Source of the DNA: Candidatus Woesearchaeota archaeon
GTDB taxonomy: Archaea > Nanobdellota > Nanobdellia > Pacearchaeales > GW2011-AR1
Length of the DNA stretch: 45,734 nt
Reading direction: 5' to 3'
Assembly: GCA_964494915.1 (NCBI GenBank)
Contig: CAZBTP010000005.1
Coordinates: 1 to 45,734 of the forward strand
The translations under genes were made by a program, and so were the position numbers. The notes beneath the pieces are model-generated. The model was given only the letters and a program-made list of their open reading frames with translations. It was not told the DNA's origin and ran no database searches. This document shows positions 1 through 9,318 of this stretch, in pieces. How positions within the stretch are numbered: position 1 is the stretch's first letter; every line of letters begins with the position of its first letter.

Positions 1-17
1 AGTTAATTGAGACTAAC

Positions 18-42
18 AATAGAGCAGTCAGACTGCTCTATT
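18..42. repeat. Perfect 12-bp inverted repeat with 1-nt spacer
   Basis: AATAGAGCAGTC-A-GACTGCTCTATT, downstream of the PIN gene. Confidence 0.8.
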
Positions 43-97
43 CGGAGATACTGGCTAGCTATGTGTGTGCTATCCTCCCTAAATTTCTCAAGAATAA

Positions 98-733
98 CTA
101 TCCTGTAAAGCATAAATTATGCAGTTCTGGAAATTTATATTCTTTTAGTATTCCATAATCTTGAACATATTCATAATTATTGGGATTTAAGTCTTTTTTA
201 TCGGCAGTAACAAATAAAAATAAGTCTTTATCTTTTTGATGTTGTAAGGCACTTGCCAATATTTGACAATCGGCATAATTTTCTATAATATCCCCTAGTA
301 AACTAACCAATTCAAATTTTATCTCATCAAGCGGAATAACCTTAATATCGACTTTATTTTTTAGAAATTTTTCTATTTCTATCTCGAAAATATCTCTTTC
401 TGAAGAAAAAATCTCTTTTAGTTTTTTCTCGTTTATTTCTTTATGCGCTAAATAAAGCTTTTCTGCAATGGGTAAATCTCTCTTTGACAAATATTTACTT
501 TTATCCAAGGGGTACTCGTGATTTTCAATTTTTTTTAAAACTTCTCTATGGATAATTGTAAGTTTTGTAATAATATTATATAGTTCTCTAATAACCGCAT
601 GGCAAATGATAAATTTGCTCTGCTTATGAGCAAGGTATAGGTAACATTTTGTTACAATTTCCTTGCTTTTATCCTTCTGATAATTCGCATAATTAATTAT
701 GACATTAGAATCAAGAAAACTATCTTTCTCCAT
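98..733 (-). CDS. PIN-domain (VapC-like) protein
   Basis: N-terminal FLDSNVII, VIRE, later YADCQILASA and FVTADKKD match the acidic PIN active-site pattern. Confidence 0.7.
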   Translation of the reverse strand: MEKDSFLDSNVIINYANYQKDKSKEIVTKCYLYLAHKQSKFIICHAVIRELYNIITKLTIIHREVLKKIENHEYPLDKSKYLSKRDLPIAEKLYLAHKEINEKKLKEIFSSERDIFEIEIEKFLKNKVDIKVIPLDEIKFELVSLLGDIIENYADCQILASALQHQKDKDLFLFVTADKKDLNPNNYEYVQDYGILKEYKFPELHNLCFTG

Positions 734-1771
734 TTAATCTTCTCCAGTCCAGTCTTGCATTATTTCTCTTATTTTTTGGACTTCGGGAGAGATATTTATC
801 TCTCTATTATCTAGTTTACTTAAATAAATAGAATATAAATCTGAAAGAGCTTCTTCTGCACAAGCTTTTCTAACCGCAAGAGGGTTTCCAAGATAGAGAT
901 TTAACAAATTTTTATCAGAAAATCTTTTTTTTACTGAAATTGTTTGATAAAATTTATAGGTTGCTATGAATTTCCATATAGAATCAAAAGTTAAAAGAAT
1001 CTTTGTTCTGTTGTTCTCCAAATTATCAAAATATGAAAGTTTTCTTACTGTTGACACAAACCTCTCAGTAAGCCAAAAAACCTCTTTAAATTCTTCATCT
1101 ATTGGGCAGACGATACAGAATTCATTGAGTATCTCAAATATCTTTTCCTTATTCCAAGAATGTTCTTCAGTAAGTTCTAAGAAATCGTCTGATAATTTGT
1201 AAAGTCTATCATTATACTCTATGTGTTGTTCTTTTTGAATTTGTTTTGTTTTCTTATTATGATTTTCTTTCATAAATATATCGATAATATTGTTTATTTT
1301 CTGCTTATGCTCAAATATCCATTCTTCTTGATAGTCCTGTGAAGGATCCGCAATCATTAAAGGAATTGCACCGTATAGATACCAAACTGTTGGAAGTTTA
1401 GATAAACCGCTCTCTGGAGAGTTAATTACCCTTACTGCAGTTTTTGCCAATTGAGTTTTATTTGGAGTTCTATTAATTTCCTTATATTTTTTCATAATCA
1501 AACTGAATAAAGTTCTAAACATTTTTCTTTCATCATCAGTTATTGGAAGATCGAAATATGTGTCTCCAAAAATTCTTTGATATATTTTTGCTTTATCTGC
1601 CGAAATTATCTCCTTAACTTTTCCTTCCTTGTTTAACTCTTCAAGATAATTACTTGTTGTTGACCAGTTAGACTCTATCTTTATTCTTAGCTGTTCAATC
1701 GAGAGTGGACCTTCTTTAAGATGAGAGAGTATTTCTTCTTTAATCTGTTCTGCTGTTTTTCTAATTGTCAT
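734..1771 (-). CDS. wHTH protein with putative Panacea/SocA (DUF4065)-like antitoxin domain
   Basis: N-terminal wHTH (GPLSIEQLRIKIESNWSTTSNYLEELNKEGKV); central NKTQLAK...TVWYLYG resembles Panacea motifs; abuts the PIN gene with 0-bp gap. Confidence 0.5.
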   Translation of the reverse strand: MTIRKTAEQIKEEILSHLKEGPLSIEQLRIKIESNWSTTSNYLEELNKEGKVKEIISADKAKIYQRIFGDTYFDLPITDDERKMFRTLFSLIMKKYKEINRTPNKTQLAKTAVRVINSPESGLSKLPTVWYLYGAIPLMIADPSQDYQEEWIFEHKQKINNIIDIFMKENHNKKTKQIQKEQHIEYNDRLYKLSDDFLELTEEHSWNKEKIFEILNEFCIVCPIDEEFKEVFWLTERFVSTVRKLSYFDNLENNRTKILLTFDSIWKFIATYKFYQTISVKKRFSDKNLLNLYLGNPLAVRKACAEEALSDLYSIYLSKLDNREINISPEVQKIREIMQDWTGED

Positions 1772-1976
1772 CGGAAATCACCTCTTCTTTTTTCATAATG
1801 AATAGACAAAAGAGAGATTTATAAATGTTTCTATAGAGTCTAGATATTTTTAATATAGAGTAAAGATTTAAATAGTATATAGCTAATTGAAATCTATAAA
1901 ATGTGTGTGAACAAAATAAGATGAAAACAAATTGGCAAATCAAAATAAATTTAGGTAATGGAGGATATAGTTTAAA

Positions 1977-2207
1977 ATGAAATTCGCAGATTTTTATAAG
2001 AAATTCAAAATTGAAGTGTATGAACCTTCTTTGGAAAAACAGAAGAATGAGGTAATAGAAGAAAGAATTGTTGCTTTATGGATGATACATCAAACCATAG
2101 AAACTAATAAAAAACTTGTTAGGGCGACATGGAGTCTGGCTATTGTTAGTATATTATTATCTGCTTTAACTTTATATCTTCAATACTATGGAAAACGACT
2201 TTTTTAA
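1977..2207 (+). CDS. Small membrane protein, hypothetical
   Basis: 76 aa, C-terminal hydrophobic helix, GGAGG upstream. Confidence 0.6.
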   Translation: MKFADFYKKFKIEVYEPSLEKQKNEVIEERIVALWMIHQTIETNKKLVRATWSLAIVSILLSALTLYLQYYGKRLF

Positions 2208-2317
2208 CAGGAGCTACTTATTCAACAAAGCCCGTTGGGGAGAAAGGTATATAAACATTCAAGGATATAGGAATGTAATTGGATTAGAGTTATAAATAAA
2301 GGAAAGGAGGTGGAAGC

Positions 2318-2524
2318 ATGAAAAATAAACCTATGGGCATGAAAGCAGGATGTTTAGGGGGTGTGTGTGCGAAGTGTCGTGGCTCAATGGTGCTTGTTTT
2401 TGGTATTGTCCTCTTAATTAACCAACTCTGGAAATTTGCAGATTGGGTGACATTGGTTGCAATCCTTCTTATCCTTGCAGGTATTCTAAAACTAATTAAG
2501 CCAGGCTGTGGTCACTGCAACTAA
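2318..2524 (+). CDS. Small two-TM protein with N- and C-terminal CxxC motifs
   Basis: CAKC...two hydrophobic helices...CGHC; strong SD GGAGGTG; T-rich tract after stop. Confidence 0.8.
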   Translation: MKNKPMGMKAGCLGGVCAKCRGSMVLVFGIVLLINQLWKFADWVTLVAILLILAGILKLIKPGCGHCN

Positions 2525-2597
2525 AAAGAATTTTTATTTTATTTTCTTCTGTTAACTAAAGGAGTAAGAAATATAAAAAAAGAAATAAAAAATTAAT

Positions 2598-3359
2598 CTA
2601 GGCGGCAAGTTCAGCATCAATTGCCTGTTTAAAGTTCGGGAAGGGCTGTGCCCCGCTAATCAATCTTCCATTCACGAAGAATGCCGGAGTTCCCTGAACA
2701 CCTGCGGCGCTACCCTCTTGCATGTCTTTCTGAACCTCGCCTCTAAACTTTCCTGAATCGAGGCAGCTTCCAATGTCATGCCCTAGTTCTTTTGCCCATT
2801 TCTTGAGGCTATCAACACTCAACGCCTGCTGATTCTCGAATATCTTATCGTGCATCTTCCAATACGCGTCATCGCCGCCTTTCTCACGTACACACTCAGC
2901 TGCCTCAGCAGCAGGCTGTGCCACTGGATGGATGCTTGTCAACGGAAAGTCTCTAAAAACGAGTTTAACTTTTCCTGTATCAATATATTCTCTCTTTATT
3001 TCTGGTAGTGTCTGTTGCCAGAATCGCTCACAAAATGGACACTGGTAATCAGAGAATTCAATCAGCGTAACGGGGGCGTTTTTATCTCCGAGGAGCGCAT
3101 CGTCATCGATGCTTACGTCGACTTTCCCACCAGAAGGCTGAGGACTCGGGGTCGGGGACGGGCCGGTTGGATTGTTAACTACCTGTCCTGTTAGTGAACC
3201 AGAAGGGCTGTCGCGCGTAAAGAAAACAACGACGAAAACAACTAATAAGGCTGCTAAAACGAACGTAGAATACTTCCAGAGCGCAACTTTAGAGATAGTT
3301 ATCGTCCCATCATGAGGGGCAGGTTTAACACTTTGTTTAACACTCGGTTCATCACTCAT
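2598..3359 (-). CDS. dsbA: Membrane-anchored DsbA-family thiol:disulfide oxidoreductase
   Basis: N-terminal TM, Pro linker, IEFSDYQCPFC, FRDFPL, GVQGTPAFFVNG (cis-Pro loop). Confidence 0.92.
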   Translation of the reverse strand: MSDEPSVKQSVKPAPHDGTITISKVALWKYSTFVLAALLVVFVVVFFTRDSPSGSLTGQVVNNPTGPSPTPSPQPSGGKVDVSIDDDALLGDKNAPVTLIEFSDYQCPFCERFWQQTLPEIKREYIDTGKVKLVFRDFPLTSIHPVAQPAAEAAECVREKGGDDAYWKMHDKIFENQQALSVDSLKKWAKELGHDIGSCLDSGKFRGEVQKDMQEGSAAGVQGTPAFFVNGRLISGAQPFPNFKQAIDAELAA

Positions 3360-3919
3360 TATTTCTTAATCCTCCTTTCAACTTTTAGTGAGCAGAGTGG
3401 TTTATATAATCTTGCAGAGAGCGTAAAAATAGAAATCACAAGTAATACCATCGCAATAACAATGATCTCGTTTCCTCGAAAAGGCAACGCGACGAGTATC
3501 GAAGAAAAACCAAGAAAACCAAGAATACCGAGTCCGCATGCTGCACAACCGGGGGCAACCACGCCCAAAAACATACCAGCTCCGCCGAGTAAGCCGAGCT
3601 GTTTTACTTGTGGGTACTTCACAATAGAATATCGGTATGTCAATAAGCTTACAAACGTGCCTACGAGGATGCTGAGAACAATAATGCTCCAGAGAGAAAA
3701 GGGCGTTATCTGTCGTACAAATCCAAACGACAAAACAAAAAGAATACGCAATGCTTCACCCAACCCAAATAGATGATAGAACGATGCGATGTTAGAGATG
3801 TTATATAGTAACCCATTAAAAAAGTAAAAAATAAGTGCGACAACGATCGATAAAAATCCATACTTCCAGGTGCCAAAAACGCGCTTCCAAACCGTAAAGA
3901 TCTCACTAATTTTTCTCAT
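3359..3919 (-). CDS. Multi-TM membrane protein with GCAACG motif, coupled to dsbA
   Basis: About 5 hydrophobic segments, APGCAACG; stop overlaps dsbA start; start ATG 3919 chosen over 3967 (uncertain). Confidence 0.75.
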   Translation of the reverse strand: MRKISEIFTVWKRVFGTWKYGFLSIVVALIFYFFNGLLYNISNIASFYHLFGLGEALRILFVLSFGFVRQITPFSLWSIIVLSILVGTFVSLLTYRYSIVKYPQVKQLGLLGGAGMFLGVVAPGCAACGLGILGFLGFSSILVALPFRGNEIIVIAMVLLVISIFTLSARLYKPLCSLKVERRIKK

Positions 3920-4035
3920 ATAATAATATTTAAGAGAGCATAATGCTTTTAATCTTTGCGGTAACATCTTCTAAAATCGCAAGAGAATTTAAATACCTAT
4001 ACTGCGTCTCGTCAAGAGAATAAAGGAATAAAGAG

Positions 4036-4236
4036 ATGCAAAAACACTGTATGTACTGTAAAAATCAAATTGATGAAAAATCAGTTATCGATGTCTGTCA
4101 GCGCTGTGGTATCAAAGTCTGGGGCGAGCGTATGTTTAACGCAATAGTTCAAAACATGGAAAACGCACGCAACGATGGAAACCTCTTTCAGGGTTCAGTT
4201 ACAGATTCTCTATCCAAAAACACACAAAATCGTTAG
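4036..4236 (+). CDS. Small Zn-ribbon-like protein
   Basis: CMYC...CQRC. Confidence 0.7.
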   Translation: MQKHCMYCKNQIDEKSVIDVCQRCGIKVWGERMFNAIVQNMENARNDGNLFQGSVTDSLSKNTQNR

Positions 4237-4402
4237 TGTTGTACCCTGTTAATATTTCCCGCCTGGAATAAAATTTTACTTGATGATTCAGATAGGCTTT
4301 GCGTGGTAATTTAGTTATTTCCTAATAAGATTAGGCGGTTTGTGAATAATTAAAACTCACGAAAGTTTTATAAAATTCTACCCTTTCATAATTTTGATAT
4401 GC

Positions 4403-4432
4403 GCTCTGTATGGTCTTCGGGCAATATAGAGC
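4403..4432 (+). other. cUUCGg-capped hairpin, copy 1 (candidate small RNA element)
   Basis: GCTCTGTAT-G-GTC-TTCG-GGC-A-ATATAGAGC; TATA-like TTTATAAA about 30 nt upstream. Confidence 0.5.
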
Positions 4433-4556
4433 CACTGATATTTCTCTCGACAAAGTATTTTTAACATCCGATCCCTTATTTAGTCTATTGCACAAAAGAA
4501 CGAGAAAATGAAAATACGAAAAGCTTATAAATTAGTGGTAGTTATTAATAGTATTC

Positions 4557-4594
4557 AAGTCCCCGGTATGGCTCTTCGGAGTAATGCCGGGCTT
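4557..4594 (+). other. cUUCGg-capped hairpin, copy 2 (candidate small RNA element)
   Basis: CCCGGTAT-G-GCTC-TTCG-GAGT-A-ATGCCGGG; TATA-like CTTATAAA upstream. Confidence 0.5.
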
Positions 4595-4617
4595 CCTATT
4601 CATTCTTTGAGGTTTCA

Positions 4618-4716
4618 ATGGTAAAGAAAGCAATAGTTTTTGTTGATGCAAATAACTGGTACCATAATGTAAAAAAGTTCTTTAGATGTTACAGAAATAG
4701 CCCCACAGTATACTGA
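4618..4716 (+). pseudogene. N-terminal fragment of NYN-domain ribonuclease
   Basis: MVKKAIVFVDANNWYHNVKK matches the NYN first motif (FxDxxN-x-Y); stops after 32 aa. Confidence 0.6.
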
Positions 4717-4922
4717 TAAAAGTTCTGTTACTCCATGGTATCAAGCTGAAGACAATTAATCTGGTGCTGAATCTGTGTAGGACACAGACATTTGATACCT
4801 GTAATATTTAAGCTCTTACATAAGAAACATTATACTTTGTGATTGGTATCATAAGTCACTAGCCTGCACACCACATTTCTGCTAACAGTAACTTTTTTAA
4901 ACCATCCTTCCGCCTATACGCT

Positions 4923-5183
4923 ATGTTAACACACAAAAGACTTAGAGAGAAAGGAAAGATATCACTGACGCGATATTTCCAGGAATTTAAATCAGGAGAT
5001 AGCGTCGCAGTCGCTCGCGAGCTCAGTATTCCCCTTGGCTACTCAAAGCGTATTCAGGGGAGAACAGGGAAGGTTATAGAAAAGCGTGGTGCAGCGTACC
5101 ATATTGAACTAAAAGATCTCAACAAATTAAAGCGCTATTTTATCAAACCAATTCACCTCAAAAGAATACAAACCATACAATGA
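4923..5183 (+). CDS. rpl21e: 50S ribosomal protein L21e
   Basis: FQEFKSGDSV, QGRTGKV, IKPIHLK; canonical position before rpoF. Confidence 0.95.
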   Translation: MLTHKRLREKGKISLTRYFQEFKSGDSVAVARELSIPLGYSKRIQGRTGKVIEKRGAAYHIELKDLNKLKRYFIKPIHLKRIQTIQ

Positions 5184-5485
5184 TCTTAGAAAAGAAACCA
5201 CTCGCCATCACGGAAGTTAACGACCTTGTGAAAAATCTTGATGAACGGCAACAACTTAAAGAGTACCTTAAAACATTTATGAAGCTCTCCAAGCAAAAAG
5301 CAGAGGAGCTAAGAAAAAAACTAGAGGATCTCAATAACCATAAAATCAATGGAGAGCATATCGTCAAGATTATTGATACGCTTCCTGCAGAGCCAGAAGA
5401 CCTTAATATGATTATAGCTGATGTAACATTATCCCTCGAAGAAACAACCCAGATTCTCGAAATAGTAAAAGAATACGAAAAATAA
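5180..5485 (+). CDS. rpoF: RNA polymerase subunit F (Rpo4)
   Basis: MILEKKPLAITEV...VKIIDTLP...QILEIVKEY; rpl21e-rpoF-DUF655 synteny. Confidence 0.9.
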   Translation: MILEKKPLAITEVNDLVKNLDERQQLKEYLKTFMKLSKQKAEELRKKLEDLNNHKINGEHIVKIIDTLPAEPEDLNMIIADVTLSLEETTQILEIVKEYEK

Positions 5486-5555
5486 AACGGTAAAAGGAAG
5501 GTTTTTATACTGATTCCTGCTCGTAGTTTGTGTCCTTTTAAAAGGCACAGAGAAT

Positions 5556-6095
5556 ATGACGGAGAAGGAAGAATTCGTGATAATCCTAGACTATCTGCCC
5601 TATGGTTACCCGATGGAGCGGAAAGGGCTTCCTCTAGCGCAAGCTATCGGTATTAAAACCTTTGCTCTCCTTGAACTCGTTCCTCGTAAAGGAATTATCC
5701 TTGCACCAAAGGAAAAGGTGTATATAGGGGCGGAGAAGAGAGATAAGATATACTATATCGCAGGCCGTCTTCCTCGAGAAAAACTGACTGAGACCTCAAA
5801 GCTTCAATTGCAAGAATTTATCGAAGCTGTTGTTGTAGAACGCGAAGAGGAGTTCATTGGATTCTTCAACAACGCACAAGCGATTAACACACGCCTCCAT
5901 CAAATAGAGCTCCTTCCGGGCTTCGGTAAAAAACATACACATGAACTCCTTGAAGCGAGAAAGGAACATATCTTCGAATCATTTGGAGATATACGAGAAA
6001 GAGTAAAGAATATTGCTGATCCACGGAAGGCAATTGAAAAGCGCCTCATGGAAGAACTCCTTGAGAGGCAGCGATTTAATCTCTTCGTAAAATAA
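5556..6095 (+). CDS. DUF655 family putative RNA-binding protein
   Basis: ILDYLPYG, AQAIG..FALLEL, FFNNAQAINTRLHQIELLPGFGKK. Confidence 0.92.
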   Translation: MTEKEEFVIILDYLPYGYPMERKGLPLAQAIGIKTFALLELVPRKGIILAPKEKVYIGAEKRDKIYYIAGRLPREKLTETSKLQLQEFIEAVVVEREEEFIGFFNNAQAINTRLHQIELLPGFGKKHTHELLEARKEHIFESFGDIRERVKNIADPRKAIEKRLMEELLERQRFNLFVK

Positions 6096-6625
6096 TGGAA
6101 ACCGAAAAAAAACAAAAATCACAAGAGAAAGATAAGAAACTCTCGCTGAAAGAAAAAACGCAGAAGGAGCAGAAACGCCACGAACAAGATAGTATAGGGG
6201 AATTACTCGTACGAATCGCTGGATATGACATCCCAGGTTCAAAAACTGTATATGCAGGTATTACACGCGTCAAAGGAGTTTCGTGGAGTATTGCAAACAT
6301 ACTCTGCATAAAATTAAACCTTCCGCACAATAAAAGAATCTCTGCGCTCACAAAAGAAGAAATCAAGCTTATCGAGGAATTCCTTAAAAAAGCAACTCTC
6401 CCTCCTTACCTGACCAACCGTCGCATAGATCCCGAGAGTGGGGAGACAAAGCATGTTATTGGTACGGACCTTGATATGAAGAGAGACTTTGATATTCGTC
6501 GTATGAAAAAAATGCGGAGTTATCGTGGTCTTCGTCATAGTATTAACCAACCGGTACGTGGACAACGGACGAGATCTCATTTTAGGAAGCGAGGCAAAGC
6601 GGTCGGCATACGGAGGAGAGTATGA
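6095..6625 (+). CDS. rps13: 30S ribosomal protein S13
   Basis: LVRIAGYDIPG, SYRGLRH...PVRGQRTRSHFR. Confidence 0.97.
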   Translation: METEKKQKSQEKDKKLSLKEKTQKEQKRHEQDSIGELLVRIAGYDIPGSKTVYAGITRVKGVSWSIANILCIKLNLPHNKRISALTKEEIKLIEEFLKKATLPPYLTNRRIDPESGETKHVIGTDLDMKRDFDIRRMKKMRSYRGLRHSINQPVRGQRTRSHFRKRGKAVGIRRRV

Positions 6626-7116
6626 TACGGAAAAAGAAAAAGTATGAGCGACCGAAGAAACCATTCGAGAAAACACGAATCGAAGAAGAAAACAAACTGA
6701 GACAACAATATGCGCTCAAAAATAAACAAGAGATATGGAAGACACTCGCACGGGTGAATTACATGAGGGATAGAGCAAAGGCTCTTGCGAAAGCACCACT
6801 TGAGGAGCAAGAGGTCTTCTTTAACAAACTAAGAGCATGCGGACTTAAAATAAACTCCACCGCGGATGTACTTGGACTTAGGATCGAAGATCTCCTTAAT
6901 CGCAGACTTCAGACAATCGTCTACAAGAAAGGAATCGCGAATACCATCAAACACGCACGTCAACTTGTTGTTCACAAAAAGATCATTATCGATAATCGCA
7001 TCGTTAATGCGCCTAGTTATCTTGTCCCTCTTGCAGAGGAAGATGTGATTGCTGTTAAACTAAAAAAAGGTAGACAGAAAGACCAGATAACACAAGAGGC
7101 GGAGAAGGTCTTATAA
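6622..7116 (+). CDS. rps4: 30S ribosomal protein S4
   Basis: YERPKKPF, YALKNKQEIW, RRLQTIV, ARQLVVH, PSYLV. Confidence 0.97.
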   Translation: MIRKKKKYERPKKPFEKTRIEEENKLRQQYALKNKQEIWKTLARVNYMRDRAKALAKAPLEEQEVFFNKLRACGLKINSTADVLGLRIEDLLNRRLQTIVYKKGIANTIKHARQLVVHKKIIIDNRIVNAPSYLVPLAEEDVIAVKLKKGRQKDQITQEAEKVL

Positions 7117-7583
7117 TGGAAACACCGCAGGAAGAGCCTCAAGCGCAGGAAATAGAAACAATATCCGAAGAAGAACTGAGAGGAGAGTCAGAAAAAAAAC
7201 TAAAGAAAAAAGAGGGAAAAACAGGGATTGCCTACATCAAGAGTTCTTCGAACAACACGATAGTTCATATTACTGATCTTGCGGGTAATACAATCTCACG
7301 CATTTCTGGTGGGATGATAACAAAGCACTCGCGACTCAAGGCAAGTCCAACGATTGCAATGTTCACTGCCAAGCGCGCCGCTGAACGCGCTATCGATCTC
7401 GGCTTTACAAAACTTTACATACGAATGCGTGGTCCTACTAATATAGGCCATGGTCCTGGGGCGCACGCAGTAGTAAAAAGCCTTGGCAAATCTGGTTTTG
7501 AGATTGTGAGCATTCTTGATACAACACGGATGCCTCGCGGCGGTCCAAAGAAGAAGGGAGGAAAACGCGGCAGAAGAGTTTAA
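7116..7583 (+). CDS. rps11: 30S ribosomal protein S11
   Basis: NNTIVHITD, GPGA, C-terminal KGGKRGRRV. Confidence 0.97.
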   Translation: METPQEEPQAQEIETISEEELRGESEKKLKKKEGKTGIAYIKSSSNNTIVHITDLAGNTISRISGGMITKHSRLKASPTIAMFTAKRAAERAIDLGFTKLYIRMRGPTNIGHGPGAHAVVKSLGKSGFEIVSILDTTRMPRGGPKKKGGKRGRRV

Positions 7584-7607
7584 AAACCGCTTTTTCATCA
7601 CTACTCA

Positions 7608-8303
7608 ATGGAAGTCGTGGCAAATACTCCGGAGAAGATAATCCTTAGAATACCTGCGAATGAACCACTTACAAATGCACTCCGAAGAACAATCTCGGAA
7701 ATCCCAACACTCGCAATCGATGAAGTAGAAATCTTCAAAAATGACTCGGCACTTTTCGATGAGGTCCTTGCTCACCGGCTTGGTCTTATACCACTTAAAT
7801 TTGAAAAAGGTATGACATCAAAGACAAAGATAGAATTTAAACTCTTCAAGAAAGGACCCTGCACAGTCTACGCAGGTGATCTTCAAGGCCCTGGCAAGGT
7901 TATCTACGAAAAAATACCTCTTACAATACTCGGAGAGAACCACAAATTAGAGCTTTTAGCAACAGCAAAACTTGGCACTGGCAGAGAACATGCAAAGTAC
8001 ATACCAGGAATTTGCTTTTATCGTCATCTCCATGAAGTAAAGAGCACTCCTGAAATAGACAAGATAATCTCTCAATCAAAAGGGCTTATCAAACCAGAAA
8101 AAAAAGGCAACAAATGGATCTGTGACATCAACGACGCAGAAATCGATGAGGTAATTGCAAAGGATAAAGACGCACTATCCGAAATACAAGAACTTCTCTT
8201 TATCATAGAGTCTTTTGGTAACATGCCTGCAAAAGACATCCTTACAAAAACAATTGCAGTTCTTGAAGATAATCTCGACGAATTTGAAGAAGCGATCAAA
8301 TAA
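7608..8303 (+). CDS. rpoD: RNA polymerase subunit D (Rpo3)
   Basis: NALRR...[10 protein letters not shown]...[27 protein letters not shown]. Confidence 0.97.
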   Translation: MEVVANTPEKIILRIPANEPLTNALRRTISEIPTLAIDEVEIFKNDSALFDEVLAHRLGLIPLKFEKGMTSKTKIEFKLFKKGPCTVYAGDLQGPGKVIYEKIPLTILGENHKLELLATAKLGTGREHAKYIPGICFYRHLHEVKSTPEIDKIISQSKGLIKPEKKGNKWICDINDAEIDEVIAKDKDALSEIQELLFIIESFGNMPAKDILTKTIAVLEDNLDEFEEAIK

Positions 8304-8316
8304 TTTTCTTGATGTA

Positions 8317-8400
8317 TGCGGAGAGCAGGGATCGAACCTGCGCAGGCACTACGCCACTGCCACCTCAAGGCAGCCCGTTTGACCACTCCGGCATCCCCGC
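8317..8400 (-). tRNA. tRNA-Leu(GAG)
   Basis: GCGGGGA/TCTCCGC acceptor stem, CTGCC-TTGAGGT-GGCAG anticodon arm, long variable arm, GTTCGAT T-loop, discriminator A; no encoded CCA; TATA at about 8425-8433. Confidence 0.96.
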
Positions 8401-8452
8401 ATATCTTTCCATACTTATAGCGGATTATAAAACTTCCGTTCGTACTCGGAGA

Positions 8453-8497
8453 TCAACCGATATAGATCGCGGGCTTTCCTGGGCTCGCCTTCCCTGC
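8453..8497 (-). pseudogene. Displaced second copy of the leuS 3' end
   Basis: Translates AGKASPGKPAIYIG* versus LeuRS SRKARPGKPAIYIE*; most differences are at third codon positions. Confidence 0.8.
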
Positions 8498-8670
8498 TTC
8501 CCGCATTATGATTATACATATCATGAAGAATTTCATCACGAAAATAATAAACCTGTGGATCTAAAACAACTTAGATCAAGAAAGATGCCTCTTGAGTGTT
8601 ATAAATAGCTAATAACTTATGATTGTTCCAAGATAGAAATTTATATAAATAAGGCCTCTTATTTTTTTAT

Positions 8671-9318
8671 ATGGCGCGGCCGAGACTGTCGGAAGAGAAA
8701 ATTGCACTGATTAGAGATCTTGCAGCTGAAGACTTGTCGAATAGTAAAATTGCAAAAAGGGCGAATGTTTCTTGGCATGCTGCTAGGAAATACGCTGAAG
8801 CAATTAGGAGGGCTGGGCAAGAACAAAAACAGGGAGAGACAATCCAGGTTATGTATACGTTGTGTGAGAGGCATCTCAAGGATTTTCTAACCACAACAGA
8901 TAGATTATATAGAACTGGAGATGCCGCTCTTATGACTAGATATATTGATGATATAATATCTATCATTCGTCGTAGAACTAATGATTTGATTACCGAAGGT
9001 AAGACTATCTATGGGCTTGATAATAAGGCTATCTATGTCTTTCTTGACGATTTAAATACTGTTATAAGATACTTTAATCTAAGAGCTATCGACCCAAAGA
9101 GGGAAGAGGAGCATATATCAGTGAGGGAAGCGGTGGAACCGTAGAGGAACTCTGACTTAGCAAACCGCGAGAAAACACTAACAGATAGCGCATATCGAGC
9201 AAGGCTGTATGATTTAATGGGCAGAGGAGATCTGCCGTCAAAAAAAGATGGAAAAAGAAGATATGTTGATAAGGTTAGATTAGATAGGATAATTAGCGAT
9301 CCTACTCGATATAGATAG
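8671..9318 (+). pseudogene. Double-HTH (N-terminal HTH plus C-terminal excisionase/HTH_17-like) gene interrupted by in-frame TAG at 9142-9144
   Basis: Frame stays open 57 codons past the TAG: ISVREAVEP*RNSD...RLYDLMGRGDLPSKKDGKRRYVDKVRLDRII. Confidence 0.65.

Noticed and set aside
5529-5549. Hairpin in the DUF655 5' UTR as an r-protein operon regulator
   Set aside because: Short AT-centred palindrome with no comparative support available.
8461-8505. GC-rich stretch as an SRP-like or other ncRNA
   Set aside because: No SRP helix-8 motif in the right order; better explained as the leuS 3'-end copy.
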